DNA of 64,000 nt from Eledone cirrhosa (Eukaryota). Below the pieces are notes generated by a model that did no database searches, was not told the origin of the DNA, and saw only the letters and a program-made list of their open reading frames with translations. Of this stretch, positions 51,600 to 64,000 are shown one piece after another. Position 1 is the stretch's first letter. Each line of letters begins with the position of its first letter. The stretch spans positions 185,938,001-186,002,000 of the forward strand of contig OZ024743.1 of NCBI GenBank assembly GCA_964016885.1, in the 5' to 3' direction. A program made the position numbers and the translations under genes.

Positions 51600-52790
51600 G
51601 GATGAGACCGCTTAACATCCAATCCACTGGAATACGGTCTTCTTTCACCACCATCCTATAAATCTTAGTTATTCTCTATACACCCTAACTTTCTGCTGCC
51701 TTTAATATGTTTCCCACAACTCCTGTTAGCCCTCCTGCACTTCCACTTTTCATCTTTCTCAATGTTTCGTTAATTCCTTTCAGCTATCTCCTGTGCCAGT
51801 GTGACAACTTGATTGCTGTGTATGTTGCCACCCAATTCAGTCTCCACATTCAACACTCTATCCATATATTTCTGCCACCTTTTCTTAATCCCATATGAGT
51901 CTAAAACAATTTCTCCCAATTCATCCTTTCAACAGTTCATCCCTGTTATATCACATTTCTCTCTCACTAACTGCTTTGCAATCCTAAGCACTTCCCTCTC
52001 ACTTCTTATCTCTGCCATGTATTATCAAGTAGTTGACAGTTGATGATGACCCACTCAATGTATATGTAACAAATTGATTGTCTTTCTGAAATTGGGTATT
52101 ACAGATTAACATCTCAGCTCTATCAGCAAACTCCCAAATTCTTTCACCTTATTCATTCCTCACACCATACCTGTAACCCCCATAGACTCTCTTCATTCCT
52201 TATACCATACCCGTAACTCCCACACCATATCTGTAACCCCCCATGGACTCTCATCATTCTTTACACTATCCATGTCTTTAGCCCATAGACCCCATTGACT
52301 TCCTCAAAATCAATCATACTCTTTCCTAAATATATGTTCAAATCCCATCTATGATAACTTCCTTGCCGTTCATGTTTTCAATCATCTTTTCTATTACACA
52401 TCTAAAATTTGTCTTTCCCATTGACACACTGACCAGTTTGGGGAACATATCCTGAGATGATGTTTATCAAGAACTTTCCAAACACCAGTTTCACCATCGT
52501 CAACCATTTACTCTCTCTAGTCATTCTCAACACACTGTTTATACATGCTACAGAAATCAAGATACCAACACCATGCATACCTTCCAGACACCTTTGGCAC
52601 TCAAACTTGTACTTCTGTATTTGTTTTTCCCTCACCATTCTTACACTATTTCCTTTCCCTGTTCTTTTATTCTATACAGTATCTGCACCACTTCTGATCT
52701 TCCTATCATCATACCTATATTCCGTAACCCAAACCACATGTACCAGTCCCCAAAAGAGACATCTGGCACTTGACTGCCATAGATGATCTG
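51600..52790 (-). mobile_element. Decayed LINE APE-endonuclease region
   Basis: Minus translation GYRYGVRNE*GERIWEFA...ICNT.F.K; SGYVPQTG; SSSTVNYL. Confidence 0.65.
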
Positions 52791-53088
52791 ATCCCCTCCT
52801 TTGCTTCGACACATCTTAAGCAATAAATACATTAAATTAAATTGTATTAATTTTAATACAAGCATTATAAAGGAACTAAATACTTAGTTTACAAAGCCTA
52901 TAACAACATTATAGTAGGTGCCTATTTCTTTGAGCCTAATTTTACTTTTAGTAAAATTAGATTAGAGATGATAACGAAAACAAAATATGGGCTCTAAACA
53001 TTTTACGAAATATTTAAAAGGCTGGTCAGGCAAACACCTATTAAATGGATTCTAGGTTTGATTCTTGGTTGAACTATTTCTTACATTT

Positions 53089-56000
53089 TATTCCACTATA
53101 TTACTATTCGACTTAAGTTTTATCCCACTACATTTCTATTCTACTTAAGTCTTATCCCACTACATTACTATCCTACAACAGTCTTATCCCACTACATTAC
53201 TATTCTACTTAAGTCTTATCCCACTACATTACTATCCTACAACAGTCATATCCCAATACATTACTATCCTACTTAAGTCTTATCCCACTACATTACTATC
53301 CTACAACAGTCTTATCCCACTACATTACTATCCTACTTAAGTCTTATCCCACTACATTACTATTCTACTTAAGTCTTATCCCACTACATTACTATTCTAC
53401 TTAAGTCTTATCCCACTACATTACTATCCTACAACAGTCTTATCCCACTACATTACTATCCTACAACAGTCTTATCCCACTACATTACTATCCTACAACA
53501 GTCTTATCCCACTACATTACTATCCTACTTAAGTCTTATTCCACTACATTACTATCCTACAACAGTCTTATTCCACTACATTACTATCCTACAACAGTCT
53601 TATCCCACTACATTACTATCCTACAACAGTCTTATTCCACTACATTACTATCCTACAACAGTCTTATCCCACTACATTACTATCCTACTTAAGTCTTATC
53701 CCACTACATTACTATCCTACTTAAGTCTTATTCCACTACATTACTATCCTACAACAGTCTTATCCTACTACATTACTATCCTACAACAGTCTTATCCCAC
53801 TACATTACTATCCTACAACAGTCTTATCCCACTACATTACTATCCTACTTAAGTCTTATTCCACTACATTACTATCCTACAACAGTCTTATCCCACTACA
53901 TTACTATTCTACTTAAGTCTTATCCCACTACATTACTATCCTACAACAGTCTTATTCCACTACATTACTATCCTACAACAGTCTTATCCCACTACATTAC
54001 TATCCTACAACAGTCTTATCCCACTACATTACTATCCTACAACAGTCTTATCCCACTACATTACTATCCTACAACAGTCTTATCCCACTACATTACTATC
54101 CTACAACAGTCTTATCCCACTACATTACTATCCTACAACAGTCTTATTCCACTACATTACTATCCTACTTAAGTCTTATCCCACTACATTACTATCCTAC
54201 AACAGTCTTATCCCACTACATTACTATCCTACAACAGTCTTATCCCACTACATTACTATCCTACAACAGTCTTATCCCACTACATTACTATCCTACTTAA
54301 GTCTTATTCCACTACATTACTATCCTACAACAGTCTTATCCCACTACATTACTATCCTACAACAGTCTTATTCCACTACATTACTATCCTACAACAGTCT
54401 TATCCCACTACATTACTATCCTACAACAGTCTTATCCCACTACATTACTATCCTACTTAAGTCTTATTCCACTACATTACTATCCTACAACAGTCTTATC
54501 CCACTACATTACTATCCTACAACAGTCTTATCCCACTACATTACTATCCTACTTAAGTCTTATTCCACTACATTACTATCCTACAACAGTCTTATCCCAC
54601 TACATTACTATCCTACAACAGTCTTATTCCACTACATTACTATCCTACAACAGTCTTATCCCACTACATTACTATCCTACAACAGTCTTATCCCACTACA
54701 TTACTATCCTACTTAAGTCTTATCCCACTACATTACTATCCTACTTAAGTCTTATTCCACTACATTACTATCCTACAACAGTCTTATCCCACTACATTAC
54801 TATCCTACTTAAGTCTTATCCCACTACATTACTATCCTACAACAGTCTTATCCCACTACATTACTATCCTACAACAGTCTTATCCCACTACATTACTATT
54901 CTACTTAAGTCTTATTCCACTACATTACTTTCCTACAACAGTCTTATCCCACTACATTACTATCCTACTTAAGTCTTATTCCACTACATTACTATCCTAC
55001 AACAGTCTTATCCCACTACATTACTATCCTACTTAAGTCTTATTCCACTACATTACTATCCTACAACAGTCTTATCCCACTACATTACTATCCTACTTAA
55101 GTCTTATCCCACTACATTACTATCCTACAACAGTCTTATCCCACTACATTACTATCCTACAACAGTCTTATCCCACTACATTACTATTCTACTTAAGTCT
55201 TATTCCACTACATTACTATCCTACAACAGTCTTATCCCACTACATTACTATCCTACTTAAGTCTTATTCCACTACATTACTATCCTACAACAGTCTTATC
55301 CCACTACATTACTATCCTACTTAAGTCTTATCCCACTACATTACTATCCTACAACAGTCTTATCCCACTACATTACTATCCTACAACAGTCTTATCCCAC
55401 TACATTACTATTCTACTTAAGTCTTATCCCACTACATTACTATCCTACAACAGTCTTATCCCACTACATTACTATCCTACTTAAGTCTTATTCCACTACA
55501 TTACTATCCTACAACAGTCTTATCCCACTACATTACTATCCTACTTAAGTCTTATTCCACTACATTACTATCCTACAACAGTCTTATTCCACTACATTAC
55601 TATCCTACAACAGTCTTATCCCACTACATTACTATTCTACAACAGTCTTATTCCACTACATTACTATTCTACTTAAGTCTTATTCCACTACATTACTATC
55701 CTACAACAGTCTTATCCCACTACATTACTATCCTACTTAAGTCTTATCCCACTACATTACCATCCTACAACAGTCTTATCCCACTACATTACTATCCTAC
55801 TTAAGTCTTATTCCACTACATTACTATCCTACAACAGTCTTATTCCACTACATTACTATCCTACAACAGTCTTATCCCACTACATTACTATCCTACTTAA
55901 GTCTTATTCCACTACATTACTATCCTACAACAGTCTTATTCCACTACATTACTATTCTACTTAAGTCTTATCCCACTACATTACTATCCTACTTAAGTCT

Positions 56001-59000
56001 TATTCCACTACATTACTATCCTACAACAGTCTTATCCCACTACATTACTATCCTACTTAAGTCTTATTCCACTACATTACTATCCTACAACAGTCTTATT
56101 CCACTACATTACTATCCTACAACAGTCTTATTCCCCTACATTACTATCCCACAACAGTCTTATCCCACTACATTACTATCCTACAACAGTCTTATCCCAC
56201 TACATTACTATCCTACAACAGTCTTATCCCACTACATTACTATCCTACAACAGTCTTATCCCACGACATTACTATCCTACAACAGTCTTATCCCACTACA
56301 TTACTATTCTACTTAAGTCTTATCCCACTACATTACTATCCTACAACAGTCTTATCCCACTACATTACTATCCTACAACAGTCTTATCCCACTACATTAC
56401 TATCCTACAACAGTCTTATCCCACTACATTACTATCCTACTTAAGTCTTATCCCACTACGTTACTATCCTACTTAAGTCTTATCCCACTACATTACTATC
56501 CTACAACAGTCTTATTCCACTACATTACTATCCTACAACAGTCTTATCCCACTACATTACTATCCTACAACAGTCTTATCCCACTACATTACTATCCTAC
56601 TTAAGTCTTATCCCACTACATTACTATCCTACAACAGTCTTATTCCACTACATTACTATCCTACAACAGTCTTATCCCACTACATTACTATCCTACAACA
56701 GTCTTATCCCACTACATTACTATCCTACAACAGTCTTATCCCACTACATTACTATCCTATAACAGTCTTATCCCACTACATTACTATCCTACAACAGTCT
56801 TATCCAACTACATTACTATCCTACTTAAGTCTTATCCCACTACATTACTATTCTACTTAAGTCTTATCCCACTACATTACTATTCTACTTAAGTCTTATC
56901 CCACTACATTACTATTCTACTTAAGTCTTATCCCACTACATTACTATCCTACAACAGGCTTATCCCACTACATTACTATTCTACTTAAGTCTTATCCCAC
57001 TACATTACTATCCTACAACAGTCTTATCCCACTACATTACTATCCTACAACAGTCTTATCCCACTACATTACTATCCTACAACAGTCTTATCCCACTACG
57101 TTACTATCCTACTTAAGTCTTATCCCACTACATTACTATCCTACTTAAGTCTTATTCCACTACATTACTATCCTACAACAGTCTTATCCCACTACATTAC
57201 TATCCTACAACAGTCTTATCCCACTACATTACTATCCTACAACAGTCTTATCCCACTACATTACTATCCTACAACAGTCTTATTTCACTACATTACTATC
57301 CTACAACAGTCTTATTCCACTACATTACTATCCTACAACAGTCTTATCCCACTACATTACTATCCTACTTAAGTCTTATCCCACTACATTACTATTCTAC
57401 TTAAGTCTTATTCCACTACATTACTATCCTACAACAGTCTTATCCCACTACATTACTATCCTACAACAGTCTTATCCCACCACATTACTATCCTACTTAA
57501 GTCTTATCCCACTACATTACTATCCTACTTAAGTCTTATCCCACTACATTACTATCCTACAACAGTCTTATCCCACTACATTACTATTCTACTTAAGTCT
57601 TATCCCACTACATTACTATCCTACTTAAGTCTTATCTCACTACATTACTATCCTACAACAGTCTTATCCCACTACATTACTATTCTACTTAAGTCTTATC
57701 CCACTATATTACTATCCTACAACAGTCTTATCCCACTACATTACTATCCTACTTAAGCCTTATCCCACTACATTACTATTCTACTTAAGTCTTATCCCAC
57801 TACATTACTATCCTACAACAGTCTTATCCCACTACATTACTATTCTACTTAAGTCTTATCCCACTACATTACTATTCTACTTAAGTCTTATCCCACTACA
57901 TTACTATCCTACTTAAGTCTTATCCCACTACATTACTATCCTACTTAAGTCTTATCCCACTACATTACTATCCTACAACAGTCTTATCCCACTACGTTAC
58001 TATCCTACTTAAGTCTTATCCCACTACATTACTATCCTACTTAAGTCTTATTCCACTACATTACTATTCTACAACAGTCTTATCCCACTACATTACTATC
58101 CTACAACAGTCTTATCCCACTACATTACTATCCTACAACAGTCTTATCCCACTACATTACTATCCTACAACAGTCTTATTCCACTACATTACTATCCTAC
58201 AACAGTCTTATTCCACTACATTACTATCCTACAACAGTCTTATCCCACTACATTACTATCCTACTTAAGTCTTATCCCACTACATTACTATTCTACTTAA
58301 GTCTTATTCCACTACATTACTATCCTACAACAGTCTTATCCCACTACATTACTATCCTACAACAGTCTTATCCCACCACATTACTATCCTACTTAAGTCT
58401 TATCCCACTACATTACTATCCTACTTAAGTCTTATCCCACTACATTACTATCCTACAACAGTCTTATCCCACTACATTACTATTCTACTTAAGTCTTATC
58501 CCACTACATTACTATCCTACTTAAGTCTTATCTCACTACATTACTATCCTACAACAGTCTTATCCCACTACATTACTATTCTACTTAAGTCTTATCCCAC
58601 TACATTACTATCCTACAACAGTCTTATCCCACTACATTACAATCCTACAACAGTCTTATCCCACTACATTACTATTCTACTTAAGTCTTATCCCACTACA
58701 TTACTATCCTACAACAGTCTTATCCCACTACATTACTATCCTACTTAAGTCTTATCCCACTACATTACTATTCTACTTAAGTCTTATCCCACTACATTAC
58801 TATCCTACAACAGTCTTATCCCACTACATTACTATCCTACTTAAGTCTTATCCCACTACATTACTATTCTACTTAAGTCTTATCCCACTACATTACTATT
58901 CTACTTAAGTCTTATCCCACTACATTACTATTCTACTTAAGTCTTATCCCACTACATTACTATCCTACTTAAGTCTTATCCCACTACATTACTATTCTAC

Positions 59001-62000
59001 TTAAGTCTTATCCCACTACATTACTATCCTACAACAGTCTTATCCCACTACATTACTATCCTACAACAGTCTTATCCCACTACATTACTATCCTACTTAA
59101 GTCTTATCACACTACATTACTATCCGACAACAGTCTTATCCCACTACATTACTATCCTACAACAGTCTTATCCCACTACATTACTATCCTACAACAGTCT
59201 TATCCCACTACATTACTATTCTACTTAAGTCTTATCCCACTACATTACTATCCTACAACAGTCTTATCCCACTACATTACTATCCTACTTAAGTCTTATC
59301 CCACTACATTACTATTCTACTTAAGTCTTATCCCACTACATTACTATCCTACAACAGTCTTATCCCACTACATTACTATCCTACTTAAGTCTTATCCCAC
59401 TACATTACTATTCTACTTAAGTCTTATCCCACTACATTACTATTCTACTTAAGTCTTATCCCACTACATTACTATTCTACTTAAGTCTTATCCCACTACA
59501 TTACTATCCTACTTAAGTCTTATCCCACTACATTACTATTCTACTTCAGTCTTATCCCACTACATTACTATCCTACAACAGTCTTATCCCACTACATTAC
59601 TATCCTACAACAGTCTTATCCCACTACATTACTATCCTACAACAGTCTTATCCCACTACATTACTATTCTACTTAAGTCTTATCCCACTACATTACTATT
59701 CTACTTAAGTCTTATCCCACTACATTACTATCCTACAACAGTCTTATCCCACTACATTACTATCCTACAACAGTCTTATCCCACTACATTACTATCCTAC
59801 TTAAGTCTTATCCCACTACATTACTATCCGACAACAGTCTTATCCCACTACATTACTATCCCACTTAAGTCTTATCCCACTACATTACTATTCTACTTAA
59901 GTCTTATCCCACTACATTACTATCCTACAACAGTCTTATCCCACTACATTACTATCCTACAACAGTCTTATCCCACTACATTACTATTCTACTTAAGTCT
60001 TATCCCACTACATTACTATTCTACTTAAGTCTTATCCCACTACATTACTATCCTACAACAGTCTTATCCCACTACATTACTATCCTACAACAGTCTTATC
60101 CCACTACATTACTATCCTACAACAGTCTTATCCCACTACATTACTATTCTACAACAGTCTTATCCCACTACATTACTATCCTATAACAGTCTTATCCCAC
60201 TACATTACTATCCTATAACAGTCTTATCCCACTACATTACTATCCTACAACAGTCTTATCCCACTACATTACTATCCTATAACAGTCTTATCCCACTACA
60301 TTACTATCCTACAACAGTCTTATCCCACTACATTACTATCCTACTTAAGTCTTATCCCACTACGTTACTATCCTACTTAAGTCTTATCCCACTACATTAC
60401 TATCCTACTTAAGTCTTATTCCACTACATTACTATCCTACAACAGTCTTATCCCACTACATTACTATCCTACAACAGTCTTATCCCACTACATGACTATC
60501 CTACAACAGTCTTATCCCACTACATTACTATCCTACAACAGTCTTATTCCACTACATTACTATCCTACAACAGTCTTATTCCACTACATTACTATCCTAC
60601 TTAAGTCTTATCCCACTACATTACTATCCTACTTAAGTCTTATCCCACTACATTACTATTCTACTTAAGTCTTATCCCACTACATTACTATTCTACTTAA
60701 GTCTTATCCCACTACATTACTATTCTACTTAAGTCTTATCCCACTACATTACTATTCTACTTAAGTCTTATCCCACTACATTACTATCCTACAACAGTCT
60801 TATCCCACTACATTACTATTCTACTTAAGTCTTATCCCACTACATTACTATCCTACAACAGTCTTATCCCACTACATTACTATCCTACAACAGTCTTATC
60901 CCACTACATTACTATCCTACAACAGTCTTATCCCACTACATTACTATCCTACTTAAGTCTTATCACACTACATTACTATCCGACAACAGTCTTATCCCAC
61001 TACATTACTATCCTACAACAGTCTTATCCCACTACATTACTATCCTACAACAGTCTTATCCCACTACATTACTATTCTACTTAAGTCTTATCCCACTACA
61101 TTACTATCCTACTTAAGTCTTATCCCACTACATTACTATCCTACTTAAGTCTTATCCCACTACATTACTATTCTACTTAAGTCTTATCCCACTACATTAC
61201 TATCCTACAACAGTCTTATCCCACTACATTACTATCCTACTTAAGTCTTATCCCACTACATTACTATTCTACGTAAGTCTTATCCCACTACATTACTATT
61301 CTACTTAAGTCTTATCCCACTACATTACTATTCTACTTAAGTCTTATCCCACTACATTACTATCCTACTTAAGTCTTATCCCACTACATTACTATTCTAC
61401 TTAAGTCTTATCCCACTACATTACTATCCTACAACAGTCTTATCCCACTACATTACTATCCTACAACAGTCTTATCCCACTACATTACTATCCGACAACA
61501 GTCTTATCCCACTACATTACTATCCTACTTAAGTCTTATCCCACTACATTACTATTCTACTTAAGTCTTATCCCACTACATTACTATCCTACAACAGTCT
61601 TATCCCACTACATTACTATTCTACTTAAGTCTTATCCCACTACATTACTATTCTACTTAAGTCTTATCCCACTACATTACTATCCTACAACAATCTTATC
61701 CCACTACATTACTATCCTACAACAGTCTTATCCCACTACATTACTATCCTACAACAGTCTTATACCACTACATTACTATTCTACAACAGTCTTATCCCAC
61801 TACATTACTATCCTATAACAGTCTTATCCCACTACATTACTATCCTATAACAGTCTTATCCCACTACATTACTATCCTACAACAGTCTTATCCCACTACA
61901 TTACTATCCTACAACAGTCTTATCCCACTACGTTACTATTCTACTTAAGTCTTATCCCACTACATTACTATCCTACTTAAGTCTTATTCCACTACATTAC

Positions 62001-64000
62001 TATCCTACAACAGTCTTATCCCACTACATTACTATCCTACAACAGTCTTATCCCACTACATTACTATCCTACAACAGTCTTATCCCACTACATTACTATC
62101 CTACAACAGTCTTATCCCACTACATTACTATCCTACAACAGTCTTATTCCACTACATTACTATCCTACAACAGTCTTATTCCACTACATTACTATCCTAC
62201 AACAGTCTTATCCCACTACATTACTATCCTACTTAAGTCTTATCCCACTACATTACTATTCTACTTAAGTCTTATCCCACTACATTACTATCCTACTTAA
62301 GTCTTATCCCACTACATTACTATTCTACTTAAGTCTTATCCCACTACATTACTATCCTACAACAGTCTTATACCACTACATTACTATTCTACTTAAGTCT
62401 TATCCCACTACATTACTATCCTACAACAGTCTTATCCCACTACATTACTATTCTACTTAAGTCTTATCCCACTACATTACTATCCTACAACAGTCTTATC
62501 CCACTACATTACTATCCTACAACAGTCTTATCCCACTACATTACTATCCTACAACAGTCTTATCCCACTACATTACTATCCTACTTAAGTCTTATCCCAC
62601 TACGTTACTATCCTACTTAAGTCTTATCCCACTACATTACTATCCTACTTAAGTCTTATTCCACTACATTACTATCCTACAACAGTCTTATCCCACTACA
62701 TTACTATCCTACAACAGTCTTATCCCACTACATTACTATCCTACAACAGTCTTATTCCACTACATTACTATCCTACAACAGTCTTATTCCACTACATTAC
62801 TATCCTACAACAGTCTTATCCCACTACATTACTATCCTACTTAAGTCTTATCCCACTACATTACTATTCTACTTAAGTCTTATCCCACTACATTACTATT
62901 CTACTTAAGTCTTATCCCACTACATTACTATTCTACTTAAGTCTTATCCCACTACATTACTATCCTACAACAGTCTTATCCCACTACATTACTATTCTAC
63001 TTAAGTCTTATCCCACTACATTACTATCCTACAACAGTCTTATCCCACTACATTACTATCCTACAACAGTCTTATCCCACTACGTTACTATCCTACTTAA
63101 GTCTTATCCCACTACATTACTATCCGACAACAGTCTTATCCCACTACATTACTATCCTACTTAAGTCTTATCCCACTACATTACTATTCTACTTAAGTCT
63201 TATCCCACTACATTACTATTCTACTTAAGTCTTATCCCACTACATTACTATCCTACAACAGTCTTATCCCACTACATTACTATCCTACTTAAGTCTTATC
63301 CCACTACATTACTATTCTACTTAAGTCTTATCCCACTACATTACTATTCTACTTAAGTCTTATCCCACTACATTACTATTCTACTTAAGTCTTATCCCAC
63401 TACATTACTATTCTACTTAAGTCTTATCCCACTACATTACTATCCTACTTAAGTCTTATCCCACTACATTACTATCCTACTTAAGTCTTATCCTACTACA
63501 TTACTATCCGACAACAGTCTTATCCCAATACATTACTATCCTACTAAAGTCTTATCCCACTACATTACTATCCTACAACAGTCTTATCCCACTACATTAC
63601 TATCCTACTTAAGTCTTATCCCACTACATTACTATCCTACTTAAGTCTTATCCTACTACATTACTATCCGACAACAGTCTTATCCCACTACATTACTATC
63701 CTACTTAAGTCTTATCCCACTACATTACTATTCTACAACAGTCTTATCCCACTACATTACTATCCTATAACAGTCTTATCCCACTACATTACTATCCTAT
63801 AACAGTCTTATCCCACTACATTACTATCCTACAACAGTCTTATCCCACTACATTACTATCCTATAACAGTCTTATCCCACTACATTACTATCCTACAACA
63901 GTCTTATCCCACTACATTACTATCCTACAACAGTCTTATCCCACTACATTACTATTCTACTTAAGTCTTATCCCACTACATTACTATCCTACAACAGTCT
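53089..64000. repeat. 32-bp satellite, about 340 units, running off the window end (intron 5 of the MIC19-like gene)
   Basis: GTCTTATCCCACTACATTACTATCCTAC(AACA/TTAA); the line pattern recurs every 480 nt (15 x 32), showing essentially no indels. Confidence 0.99.

Noticed and set aside
53089-64000. CRISPR array, telomeric repeat or coding repeat
   Set aside because: No spacers, not TTAGGG-based, and no ORF in the supplied track.

Overview
AT-rich, repeat-dense eukaryotic genomic DNA. The SINE/LINE complement suggests an octopod cephalopod (inference). Two spliced + strand genes were reconstructed by hand. (1) The 3' part of a divergent peflin-like penta-EF-hand gene: exons <1-151, 829-984, 5405-5548, 7094-7320. 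(2) A MICOS subunit MIC19/MIC25 (CHCHD3/6-like) gene: exons 16202-16273, 30706-30757, 36294-38581, 50290-50490, 51331-51401, with the CHCH exon beyond the window. Its exon 3 is a 2,288-nt insert encoding about 760 aa of Pro/Glu/Val/Lys-rich 20-aa repeats. The same gene holds a 47-49 bp minisatellite (~3 kb), an 18-bp array and a >10.9 kb 32-bp satellite with binary variants. The rest is decayed RTE, R4/Dong-like, CRE-like and Penelope-like retroelements, tRNA-headed SINEs, TTAA MITEs, pogo-like MITEs and a non-autonomous Helitron. There are no prokaryotic features or CRISPR arrays. All calls are by eye, and repeat boundaries are approximate.
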